Shown here piece by piece: positions 17,887 through 30,700 of a stretch of DNA of 64,000 nucleotides. The position numbers and the translations under genes are program-made. The stretch comes from Heterodontus francisci (Eukaryota), in NCBI RefSeq assembly GCF_036365525.1, contig NC_090371.1, positions 255,810,434 to 255,874,433 on the forward strand, in the 5' to 3' direction. Within the stretch, counting starts at the first letter, position 1. Each line of letters begins with the position of its first letter. The notes under the pieces were generated by a model. That model was not told the origin of the DNA and did not search any database. It saw nothing but the letters and a program-made list of their open reading frames with translations.

Positions 17887-18015
17887 GTAAAACTAACTGG
17901 CTTTAAGCCTTTTTTTTCTTTGTTCCATTGATGAGATTTGGACTGCACAGAATTTAATTAAATTTTGTTTTCCAAATGGCAATTTCAACTGAAGTGTAAG
18001 CCTGTATAATTTTAA

Positions 18016-18234
<219 letters not shown>

Positions 18235-20000
18235 TGACTTATTCACGTGTGTTCCAATAGCCTACTATTATGAGATAAGACCATTGTGCTACCCATTCAA
18301 TATTTAGATATTAGATTGGTTTGCTTAGTCTGTTTTTATTCAAAGACTGCATTATTTAACATAGCTTAGGAGAAGACTTTTGAAATTGTAAGGATATTTT
18401 ATTATAAAGTGACTGTAGAGTGATATTGTACTTTCACAGGATGTTTGAGTCATTGGTCACATGTATGCTCCTCATTGCAGAGTTCAAAGTCAGCATCCCT
18501 GTTCATAAGTTTCTGCAGGACTTCTCCCCACCTTGCATCTCAGCCTGTTTCCTCGACTCCATCATGAGTGGCAGAGCCTTCAGCTGTTGTGTTCTTCGCT
18601 CTGGAATTCCCTTTTGTCTTGTTACATTGCTACCCACCCTCAAGAACCTCCTGAAAACCTTTGACTATACCATCCCCCAGCTCTTGCCCTTGTTTGGCAT
18701 TTGGTCCCCTTGTAATACATCTTTTGGATGCTTATCTATGTGACATCTTCATTGAAAAGTTCAGAACAAAATATAAAGCCACTAAAATAATAGGTAGCCA
18801 TTTGAATTAAAAGCTTTTTTTTGTTTAATATATTAAAGGGTGTACAAAAAACATATGGATCGTGTGCACATTGCACTGTCATCCTGATGATACCTACTTG
18901 GAACAGTATATTAGTGCACTGTTCTGTAGTTTCAAAGATTGAGGTTTGAAATATAGCCCTTCAAAAGGTTTGGGTTTGAATTCATCCTAGATTGTTGGGA
19001 TAAAGTGCTTCATTTCTATATCTTGTGGACATAAAGTTCCTGTGTGAAATTGTTAACCAAATTAATTAGTGGCTCTTGAGTCAACAGCGTAAAACTGCTC
19101 ATAAATTGGCACTATGTTTGAAGCGTTACTGAGAGGCTACAAGGGTGGCTGGTCTAAGTAATGCAAAATACCAACTGGTGTAGTGGGGGAATGAGCCTGT
19201 CAGGTCAACGCAATTGCTACCTGAAATAGAAGTTTTGTTTTGTATCTGACTTTGCCATATTGGATTTCGGAGTGTCTGATATAAGTTAAGAGTGGAGAGT
19301 TGGTCTGTTCCCTCTTAATTGATGTTCCCGGCTGAGAATGCAGAATACTCATACCTGAGTGTGTGCTTATTCTTCAGGAATAGGGCTATGTGCATGACAT
19401 GAGATTAATTCAGGCTTGTCTCTGGAGTCATGTCCTTCAAAAAGCCAAGTATTTTTCTTTTTCTCCTTGTGCAGCTCTGCTTTAGTGGGACTGCTTAATT
19501 ACCATGTGTTACCATGTTTGTTTCTATTGTGAAGTACAATTAGAAAAACTCTGAACAACATTAATTTTTAGTAGGTTTAAATTTGCTATCTCTTGTGTGA
19601 AAGGTCAGATGACTCTTCTCATTTGGGTCAGTCGACTTGTCATGCCACTGATGACTTATCCTGTAATTTGAGATGTGTAAATTGCACCAGAAGTTAACCT
19701 GATCTTTCTCTACGATGCAATAAAATGATTCTTCACCCCAGTTGGCTGAAAATTTAGGGTTAAGACCTAGTGTGGCTAACTTGTGTAAATGTAGATCCCA
19801 CCTCCAAACTGGATGGAGGGATTGAGGAAGCAGGAAAGAGGAAGTATTTTATGTGAGGGGCGAAACAGTTATAACAATTATGATTTGTTATGCTAGTTAG
19901 AAATTGTTAAATAAAAAGAGAAATTGGAGGTACTGGGAAGACGAGCGTTGACCACTTATTATTTTTACATTTGTTACAATTATATGTCAAAATTATAATT

Positions 20001-20440
20001 GTCAGCTGTGGCGCAGTTGGTAGCACTCTGGCCTCTGAGTCAGAAGGTTGTGGATTCAAATCCCATTCCAGGACTTGAGCACAAACATCAAGGTTGAAAT
20101 TCCAGTGCAGTACTGAGGGAGTGCTGCACTGTCAGAGGTGGCATCTTTCAGACGAGATGTTACGCGCGGTTCAGTCTTCCCCCTCAGGTGCATAAAAGAT
20201 CCCATAGCACTATTTTGAAGAAGAGTTTGGGAGTTGACCCCTGTGTCCTGGCCAATATATATCTCTCAATCAACATCATAAAAACAGATTGTAGGTGGGA
20301 GCTTGCTGTGTGCAAATTGGCTGCCACATATCCTATGTTACAACAGTGACTGCACTTCAAAAGTACAAGAAGAAAGATAGAGATGTATTTATATACCTTT
20401 ATACACCTTTCACAGGCTTAGGGCATCCCTAAGCACTTTA
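20001..20440 (+). mobile_element. tRNA-derived Deu-domain SINE (SacSINE1-like) in ZNF330 intron 8
   Basis: Head TGGCGCAGTTGGTAGCAC...GGATTCAAATCCC; Deu-like core CAGTGCAGTACTGAGGGAGTGCTGCACTGTCAGAGGTG...TAAAAGATCCCATAGCACTATT. Confidence 0.85.
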
Positions 20441-20606
20441 TAGCCTGTGTATGTACTGTAGGAGCTAAAGGACTTGTATTCGTATTTGAATGCAAGTGTC
20501 CAACTTAGAAACTAAATGGCTCATGCAGAGTGGCCTGTGCAAGTGAACAGGTTTTGTGTGAATTAAAATCTCACCCCACATCCTGGCGCTCTAATGTTTA
20601 AAGTGA

Positions 20607-20978
<372 letters not shown>

Positions 20979-21117
20979 GGATGTATCATAATGGACACTC
21001 ATTGAGGATGGTGTATAACTTCATATTTAAAAATGTTCAAGTGAAGAATTAACATAAGGTGGATTGTAACTGCATCTTGCAGTGCAAATTTGTTGGTTGG
21101 TTTTAAAGTTACATCTC

Positions 21118-21149
21118 AATAAAAACTTTCTTCAAAACCTTTAAATAAA
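21118..21149 (+). terminator. ZNF330 polyadenylation signals
   Basis: AATAAA at 21118-21123 and 21144-21149, ~140-170 nt after the stop, followed by GT/T-rich sequence. Confidence 0.7.
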
Positions 21150-21349
21150 CATCATTTGCTGATTCATTTGTGTGCCAGTTTGCCTAAAAATGACTCGCTT
21201 GTAATTACCCAGACATGTGACATGTCTTTATGCATTTTAGTTTTTGCGTTCTTATTAGTTTAACCCATGCTGCCATCGAGAATACACTCTATACATGAAC
21301 ATTGCCACTGGTGTCATTCTTTGCTTGGTTGAATAAGAGTAGTGTCTAA

Positions 21350-23030
21350 ATAATTCTTCTCAATAGTGTTATTTTTTTGAGTTCATTCTTGGGATATAAG
21401 TGTCTCTGGCAAGGCCCTTTAGCAGATGGTGGTGAGCCAAGACAGTGGCCCAGCTGGCTGGCTGGCATGAGTAAGGGCATTAGTAGAGTTGGTGACAGGA
21501 GTGCAGGGATGTTGTTGTCCTGAGATGATAGCAGGTGCCTGTCCCAAGGAGCCAAGGCTACTCTCCTGGGAGTGCGCCTCAGCATTCCTATGACTCTGCT
21601 TGTAGAGTGTTGTAATGAGGAGATGGTGATGCTCTGATAAGTCTTGTCAACACTCGCCCCCAAAGCCAAGGTGTCAGCCGTCTTGAGATTCCATGACAAT
21701 TGTGAGAGCTATCAGGAGAGGCTGTATGGTGTGGGGGGAAATCAGGTAGGGATGGGTGCCACTGTGCCATTGATGGAGCTTACCACTCTGCCCATGTTAG
21801 ACAGAATGGTCTCCATACTGAGTGAGGCTTGACATATTGGAGCTGGGCTCCTCCATGCTCTGTAACTGCACACTGGCAGGCTATCCAAAGTACCTAGCAT
21901 TTCCTGGTGTATGTCCAACAAGCATCTTTGGTTGGGACCTTGAAGTCAGCATCTGAATACTCTGCAGCAGAGCTTGTGTGCAAACTTGTCCTAAGGTGAG
22001 CTGGCACCAGAGGCATGCTGACCACTCCTGGCCAGTGATCCACCACATAAAGGCACCTTTTTTAACCTAGCCTCTAAATTACGTGTGGTGGCAACATCTG
22101 AGCTGGTGCTTTCTCAGGTGAGATTGCTGCTGCATGTTCACCACTGGCTCAAGGGCTTCCACATCTTCAATGAAATGAAAGAGGAGGGACAAGGGTTCGA
22201 TTTTTGTGTGAAAGGAAGGCAGAGAATGAGAAGTGGCTGCTGAAAGTAGCTGAGGTTTATAGAGTGTGAAGTATTCAGGGAAAAATAATACATGCAAAGA
22301 AACGCTGTGACCATCTCTTCAGTTTTATTTCACCGTGGCCACAACTTTCCCTCTGCCCATGATGGTGAAAACACTTGCTTCAAGAGGGAGAGGCTGCACA
22401 GACGGGCTCTTCCTCCTCCACTGGCAGCTTTCTGCCACAGATTGAGCAATATGAACAGAAACGGGAACGAAAGCAGTGTGTTACTGAGCTCCTTGAGTTT
22501 TATTTTTTAAAGAGAATGTGCCTATCATGCTGGAATAAATGGTATACAATGTGTCAGATGTGGGTTGAGAATAGCAATTGTGCATATGAGTATGAGGAGA
22601 TAGAGGTATGTGTGGTATAGTGATTATCAGAGGGTAGATTGAGGTGGGGAGGGGAGTATTGTTAGTGAGGCTGTAGGTGGTGGACAGATGAGCAGAGTAA
22701 GAGTGGAGCATTCTTGACAGCATTAGTGAGGTTTGAAATTTTTCATCATTGTAACCATGTCTTTGCGAAGCTTTTGGTATTCACACGGTCTGCGACCTCT
22801 TCCGTGTCACTGGGGTTGTTGCCTGGCTTCCTCCTGCCCTGGGTGGGGGGAGGGGGAATAAGATGTCCCTCCTCCTGTTGACTGCTCAGACCAGAACCTC
22901 AACTGGCATCAGAAAACCTAAGTGCTCCATCTAGGACTCTTGAGTCATTTCTTGAATCCGTGCAGTCCCCCTGTTGACTGCAGCCAGAATGCAGTTTCTC
23001 TTCAGCTGCCTTTAAGTGACACCAGAGATG
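21350..23030 (-). mobile_element. Harbinger-type Myb/SANT gene remnant
   Basis: Minus strand near 22850-22935 reads (with a frameshift) ALRFSDA.EVLV*AVNRRRDILFP, a Myb_DNA-bind_5-type start. Confidence 0.6.
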
Positions 23031-23184
23031 CCTGATTTCCAGTCCCCAATAAATTCATAGACAATGAGTAGCATAGGTAGTACTGACTGCATGTCTGAGT
23101 GATTATAATCAGCAGGCAGTAACAATAGCCAGCGAATCTCCTTCGATGGCTTCTCTTCCTGCTCCTGCATTGTTACATAGTAAT

Positions 23185-23325
23185 AAAAAAGCAAAATAAT
23201 GCAGATGCTAGAAATCTGAAATAAAAACAAGAAATGCTGGAAAAACTCTGCAAGTCTGGCAGCATCTGTGGAGAGAGAAGCAGAGTTAACGTTTCAGGTC
23301 GGTGGCCCTTCCTCAGAACCCTGCA
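23185..23325 (-). mobile_element. Penelope terminal fragment with a hammerhead-like motif
   Basis: Minus strand reads GTTCTGAGGAAGGGCCACCGACCTGAAACGTTAAC, followed by the typical PLE end. Confidence 0.75.
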
Positions 23326-23564
23326 CTGTTACCTTTGGAGTCCCACAAGAATCTTATCATTGGCCCCCTCCTATTTCTCATCTACAATCTGCCACTCGAT
23401 GACATAATCCAAAGACCTAGGGTCAGGTTCCACATGTGCGATGATGGTACCTAGTTCTAACTCACCACTACCTCTCAATACCTCCACTGCCTTTGTGTTG
23501 TCAGACTGCTTCCCCAACATCCACTCTTGAATGTGCCAAAGTTTCCTTCAATTAAACATTGGTC

Positions 23565-25075
23565 CACTCCTATTCCTATATTCCAATTCAGCCCTTCGAA
23601 CCTGCTCCACCAATCAACAAGATCATGGCTGATCTGATTGTAACCTCAATGGCACATTCCCGTCTACCCTCAGTAACCCCTTGCTTATCAAGAATCTATC
23701 TACCTCTGCCTTAAAATATTCAAAGAATCTGCTTTTTGAGGAAGAGGGTTCCTAAGACTCTCAACCCTCAAGAGAAAAAAATTCTCATCGCTGTCTTAAA
23801 TGGGCAACCTCTTATTTTTAAACAGTGACCCCTAGTTCTAGATTCTCCCAGAAGAGGTAACATCCTTTCCATCCACCCTGTCAAGACCCCTCAGGATCTT
23901 TTATGTTTCAATCAAGTTGCCTCTTACTGTTCTACACTCCAGCGGATACAAACCTAGCCTGTCCAACCTTTCCTCATAAGAAAACCTGCCCATTCCAAGT
24001 ATTAATCTAGTAAACCTTAGAGTCAGAGTCATTTACGGCACAGAAGGAGGCCATTTGGCCCATCAAGTCCATGCCAGCTCTCCACAGAGCCATGCTGCAA
24101 GTCCCACTCCTTGGCTCAATCCCCCTAGTCCTGAAAGTCTATTTCTTTCAGGTGGCCATCCAACTTCAAGGTATCCAAACAAATAAACCTGATTTAGCAA
24201 TAGCCAACTTGGCAGATAAAAGACCTCCAGTGTCAAAGGTTAATATGGTCATGTTAGCTGGACAGACTAATTTTTAAAAGCCATCAATCACCTTAAATTA
24301 TGCAAAGCGCTGACAGTACTTTATTAATTGTTCTATTGTTATTTTGTACATCACCGTAAAAGAGAGCCTAATTCCTCCAGAGCTGCATAACCACAAAGAA
24401 TTTAGAAAGTAAGTCACTTAGAACTAATCTTTAATCAAATTCTAATGCTGATTATTTTCTCAACACTTACATTACAGAATGGAACAGTCTTTATACAAGT
24501 ACCAGAGTTTCGACAAGCTGTAACCAGTAGAGAAATTTGCTGTACCTGAACTGCTTCCAGCACATTTACATCCTTCCTTAAATGAGACCAATACTGTACA
24601 CGGTACTCCAGATGTGGTCTCACAAATGCATTACTGATGCATAACCTCCCTACTTCTGTATTCAATTCCACTCGCAATAAACAATAACATTCTATTAGTT
24701 TTCCTAATTACCTGCTGTACCTGCATACTAACCTTTTGCGATTCATGCACCAGGACACCCTGGTCCCCCTACATCTAAGAGCTTGGCAATCTCTCACCAT
24801 TTAGATAATATGCTTTTTTTATTCTTCCTACCAAAATGGACAATTTCATATTTTCCCACATTATACTCCATTTGCCAGATCTTTGCCCACTCACTTAACC
24901 TATCTATATCCCTTTGTAGCCTCATTATGTCCCCTTCACAACTTACTTTCCTATCTATCTTTGTGTCATTAGCAAATTTAGCAACCATACCTTCAGTCCG
25001 TTCATCCAAGTCATTTATATAAATTGTAAAAAGTTGAGGCCCCAGCACAGATCCCTGTGGCACACCACTTGTTAC
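23565..25075 (-). mobile_element. CR1 LINE 3' part, interrupted at 24019-24545
   Basis: [21 protein letters not shown]...KFANDTK and VRPHLEYRVQYWS; the sequence ...GTAAACCTT resumes as CTGAACTGCTTCC after the insert. Confidence 0.9.
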
Positions 25076-26641
25076 AAGCTTCTTCTCTCCTTTTGCTTGC
25101 TGCCTATTTTTCCTTACATCTCTGTGAAGTGCTTTTGGACATTTTCTGTAGTCAATGCACTATATAAATTGTTATTTTTCTTGGCCCTTGAACATGTCAC
25201 ATAGGAAACAATTTACCCAGATCAACTTCACCGCTTCCTTTTTTCATTTTTAAAACTTAGATCACCTCAAAGTCTCCTCTTTTCCTAAGATAACAAACCC
25301 AATTTGTTGTATGGCTGGCTAGAACTATTACAAATAACAGCACATTTTGATTTATAAGAGCTAAGAGCAAAGGATAGGTTTTCCTGCTTCCCCTCCCCAT
25401 TCCAATGCCCCAGGGTGAAGCAGTGCAGCTCCTTTCAGTCCCAGGATTGTCTGGTTTCCTGTTCTTGTGCCTTCTGAATATCCAGGGAACAGCCCAAGTG
25501 TAGGCCTAGCCCATGACGAGAGTTAGCATTAGCAGCAGTTCCAGGAAAGTCAGAGAGAGCTACGGGTCTTGGCCCTCTGTGATTAGGACTTTCTGGTTGT
25601 CAATAGAGGTAGACAAATTTGAAACCAGAGCTCACCAGCATGTCTTTGGCCTGCCCTGTGTTGACAGAAGTCTGAGGCTAGGCCACAGCACCATGTTCTT
25701 CAGACACCACTGTCCTGGGCACCCAGTTGACGGTAAGACAGGAGAACAAAATGGGAAGCTACAAATGTGCCTTCTTACAGCATTTGCATGAATTGTCTGG
25801 CTGGCACCTATTGCATTCATAAGCCAAAGTCACTCATTCCTCCTCGCCAGGAAAGCTCCAGAAATCCTGGGGTGACCTGAAAAGAATGAAGATATGGTGA
25901 TCCAGGGTATCTGGCCCTTTTTCCTAGCCTTAGTGTCTGGGGAAGTGAACATTTCTAGGGAGAAAAGGTCAGGAAAATAGTCCCTGAAATTTCTTAAACA
26001 CAATTCTCTGTGATTGCAGGATTCTTAACATTTTCTCCTCTTGCCGTTCCTGTGGCACCATAGTTTTACCAATGAAGAGTAGAATTTCTGCCAGTGTTGC
26101 CAAATCTCCTTTGGTAACTTTGATGGAGAGTTATTGGTAAATCTGGAGAAACATTTTACTGAACTGAGATTGGAAGAAACTCCATGGAAATTCCATGCGT
26201 GAGTGTCGATGGGAATGCGAGACGAAGAGAATCATTTTGAATGGGTTTACTGAATATGTAATGTCAGATACAATTTTTAATCAAGAATGCATCTGTGATT
26301 TCTACAGTTTATTAATTCATGTTTCTGTAATGCAAACTGTGAGCAAGGAAACCAATCTGAATTAGCACAAAGAGATCTGATTGTCGATAATTAGAAATTC
26401 ACTTTCACTTATTCAAGTGCTACATTTTGTTTAATTTGCTCAGCTTCCTGCTTAGATTATCACACAATTATTATTTCTTTACAGGACCCGATAATATCCA
26501 TAGCTGCATCCTTTCTCTAAGTAGCCATTTGACATTCCCATTCAGACTGCAATCCCAAGAATGAAGCTTTTCAGAAACCAAGAGAGAAGTGGATTCCAGG
26601 GATGATCTGATTGAGTGCAGTATTTTGGGAATACCAAGGCT

Positions 26642-26696
26642 ATGTTTGCGCACAAGTTCAATCTCCTTACACTACTGCTTTGCTGTATCACTGTGG
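26642..26696 (+). pseudogene. Candidate signal-peptide exon of a degenerate ZP-N-repeat gene
   Basis: Acceptor TTTCTTTACAG ending 26484; ATG with purine at -3; encodes MFAHKFNLLTLLLCCITV(G); phase-1 donor GTTGGT. Confidence 0.4.
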
Positions 26697-27534
26697 GTTG
26701 GTACCCAGATTAGAAGCTAAGAACTTCCTCATGAGCCAAAAGAAATCACTAAGTCTGGCCTTGGGAAAAAACATGAAGTAGACTCTCTCAGGTGCACCTG
26801 TGTTTTTTGCTCAAGGAAAGAAAGACCTTTGGAATCCAGTAGTATAAAAAGCACCAATGAATGTTAGGTGCATTTTGTACATATTAAACAGTACTAGTTG
26901 TAACGCAGGTGAGTCTTAATGGAACATCCACTGCTTTTTCAAGCATTATTTCTATTAAGGATCAATGAGCAGGTTACTTGACTATGTGTTGTGCATTGGG
27001 AAAATTCACTTTTAGAAGGCTTTGAATTGTAAATTTAAAAAATCTGTCATACATAATTGTGTCAAACATTAAAATAATCACTTTACCTCTCTGATTCTTT
27101 ACATAACCAAGCATAAGCCAGTGACTGTGTTCTAGAAGTTGGCTTACCTAAAAATGTACTTCACCTAATCCCACATATATTGGACATTTTGCCACCTGCT
27201 TTCAGCCTGTAAAATGGGTGCAGTGTCAGCAAATTTCTCACATTAGGCTTTGCTGTCTCAGGTAATGCACCAAACTCTCATGATGATTAATGCTTATGGA
27301 AGTATACCTGATGAATTTTCACAACAGCCTAGAAATTACCTTGCGCAGAGTATGTTTTTCAGATGTAAAGCTGGCGCCAAAGGGTTCAAAATGTCGTTCG
27401 ATGTGCACATGCGCATTCTGCGCCACATGCACTATTGGTTAGGGTGCCCTGTAGTTGCCAGGATGGTTGCCCAAAACAGGTGTTAGGCCCATTGCCTATA
27501 CAAAGCAAGACCTAAGTTCCTGTAATATTCCTGG

Positions 27535-27789
27535 ATTCAAGCCTAGTCTGATCAACCTTTCCTCATAAGACAACTCGCTCATTCCAGGTATTAGTCTAGT
27601 AAACCTTCTCTGAATTGCTTCCAACGCATTTACATCCTTTCTTAGATAAGGAGACCAATACTGTACGCAGTACTCCTGATGTGGCCTCACCGATGCCCTG
27701 TATAACTGAAGCATAACCTCCCTACCTTTGTATTCAATTCCCCTCGCAATAAACAATAGCATTCGATTAGCTTTCCTAATTACTTGCTG
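27535..27789 (-). mobile_element. CR1 LINE, left part (split by the RTE insertion)
   Basis: ORF IARGIEYKGREVMLQLYRASVRPHQEYCVQYWSPYLRKD. Confidence 0.9.
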
Positions 27790-30700
27790 TGAGAAGTATA
27801 CAACTCCAGCAGTCTCTGTCCATTCTCATTCATCCTTCCAATGCCATAGCGCCCAAGGCAGAAGGGCCATGAGTCATGGTCGGCCCCAATTCTGGCATTA
27901 AAGTCCCCCAGCAGGAACAAATGTTCGGTATTGGAAATGCTACTAGTGGTATTATGGAGTTCCATAGAATTGGTCTTTAACTTCAGGTGGGGAGCAGAGT
28001 ATTGGAGCATAGATGCTGAGTAGGTGTACTGGACCAGAGGCGGTGAGCAGTCGGATGGACAGTATGCATTCTGAGCCATTTGAAGGTGGCTCTATCATGC
28101 TGAGCAAAGAGTTTCTGATGGCGAAGCCCACTCCATGCTGTCTTGGTTCTTCAGGATTCCTACCCTGCCAGAAGAAGGTGTAGTCTTGCTCTCTTAGAGA
28201 TCCGCTCGCAGGGAGGCGTGTCTCCTGAAGTGCTGCAATGTGCACATTGAGTCTACTGAGCTTGATGTTAATGATGGCAGTCTTCCAAGAATCGTTGATT
28301 TGTGTAAGGTCTTCCGACAGGCCAGGACACGTAGTTCTGACATTCCAGCTTGCAAAACAAAGGGCTGGTACCTTCTTTCCTTTTTTTGTTGTGCTGTTTG
28401 ATGCGGTGTTACAGTCCACTTGTCGGGCAATGACCCTGAGCTCCAAGCACCCATTGAAGCAGGTGGACTGTGGCGGGGCAGAACCTTACTGACCGAGGGT
28501 TGCCCGGTTTGAGGCGGGCGGTAGCTGTCCAGTGAGATGCGATGATCTCTCCTACTAACAAAGGCAACCCGTGGCGCCCAATCTCTACGCCCATTGAGCT
28601 GGACTTATAACCCATAACTGCTACCTTCCATGTTGTTTTGGTCGCTGTGTGGTGACTATGGAGTGACCTCTCCATGGCGCATGCCTGGGCGGATGTATGG
28701 AGGTTGTGAGTTGCCCAAACGTCAAAACCCCCCTCTCGGCCTTCCTAGTGGGGTCCAAAGGAGTGCAGAGCACGGCGTTTGGCACCGGTATGGCTGCAGG
28801 AACTGCCGGAAACATGCCAAAGGTGACACATGACCGCCTTCGGGGTTCCGCTCCGGATTTTCTGTTAGGGTTTACTCTCTTAGCCTTGGTCTCTCCTGAG
28901 ATGCCCACAAGGCAACCTCTGCATCACCAATACGTTCTTTCATACTAAACCCTGTCACCGGGTTTCATGGAGACACCCAAGATCACGTTGTTGGCACCAT
29001 CTGGACCTCATTGTCACAAGGCAAGCCTCTATAAACAGTGTCCAAATCACATGCAGCTTCCACAGTGCGGACTGTGACATCGACCACTCCCTGGTGTGCA
29101 GCAAAGTTAGACTCAAACCAAAGAAACTGCATCACTCCAAGCAGAAGGGCAGCCCGCGCATCAACTTTAACAGAATTTCTTAACCACAGCAGTTACATAA
29201 GTATCTAAATTCACTTGAAAAAGCCCTTCAAAACACTCCTACAGGAGATGCAGAGACCATGGGCCCACATCAGAGACGCCATCGATGACTCAGCAATGAC
29301 CAACTATGCAAACGTGAGAAGCAGAATGCAGACTGGTTTCAATCTCACTTTGAAGAGCTGGAACCTGTCATAGCCGCTAAGCACACTGCACTGTTGAACT
29401 ACAAGAAAGCCACCAGTGAGTTAACATTCGTAGCACTGAAAGTAGCCAGAAGCGCTGCACAAAGAACAGCCAGGCGCTGCGCAAATGACTACTGGCAACA
29501 CCTATGCAGTCATATTCAGCTGGCCTCTGAAACCGGAAATATCAGAGGAATGTATGATGGCATTAAGCGAGCTTTTGGGCCAACTATCAAGAAGATCGCC
29601 CCGCTCAAGTCTAAATCAGGGAACATGATCACTGACCAATGTAAGCAAATGGACCGCTGGTGGAGCACTACCTAGAACTATACTCCAGGGAAAATGTTGT
29701 CACTGAGACCGCCCTCAGTGCAGCCCAGTCTCTGCCAGTCATGGATGAGCTGGACGAACAGCCAACAAAATCAGAACTCAGTGATGCCATTGATTCTCTC
29801 GCCAGTGGAAAAGCCCCTGGGAAGGACGGCATTACCTCTGAAATAATCAAGAGTGCCAAGCCTGCTATACTCTCAGCACTCCATGAACTGCTTTGCCTGA
29901 GCTGGGATGAGGGAGCAGTACCACAGGACATGCGTGATGCCAATATCATCACTCTCTATAAGAACAAGGGTGACGGCGGTGACTGCAACAACTACCGTGG
30001 AATCTCCCTACTCAGCATAGTGGGGAAAGTCTTCGCTCGAGTCATTTTAAACAGGCTCCAGAAGTTGGCTGAGCATGTCTACCTAGAGGTACAGTGTGGC
30101 TTTCGAGCAGAGCTGTAGTGGTGGATGATTTTAACTTCCCCTATATTGACTGGGACTCACTTAGTGCTAAGGGCTTGGATGGGGCAGAATTTGTAAGCAG
30201 CATCTAGGAGGGCTTCCTGAAACAATATGTAGATAGTCCAACTAGGGAAGGGGCCGTACTGGACCTGGTATTGGGGAATGAGCCCGGCCAGGTGGTCGAA
30301 GTTTCAGGAGGGGAGCATTTCGGGAACAGTGACCATAATTCCATAAGTTTTAAGGTACTTGTGGATAAGGATAAGAGTAGTCCTCGGGTGAATGTGCTAA
30401 ATTGGGGGAAGGCTAATATTAGGCAGGAACTGAAGAATTTAGATTGGGGGGCGGCTGTTTGAGGGTAAATCAACATCTGACATGTGGGAGTCTTTCCAAC
30501 ATCAGTTGATTAGAATCCAGGACCGGCATGTTCCTGTGAGGAAGAAGGATAAGTTTGGCAAATTTCGGGAACCTTGGATAACGAGGGATATTGTGAGCCT
30601 AGTCAAAAAGAAAAAGGAAGCATTCGTAAGGGCTAGAAGGCTGGAAACAGTCAAAGCCCTTGAGGAATATAAAGAAAGTAGGAAGGAACTTAAGCAAGGA

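Noticed and set aside
20004-20072. tRNA gene
   Set aside because: A/B-box-like head continues into a Deu core and tail, so it is a SINE; the same applies to 1780-1849.
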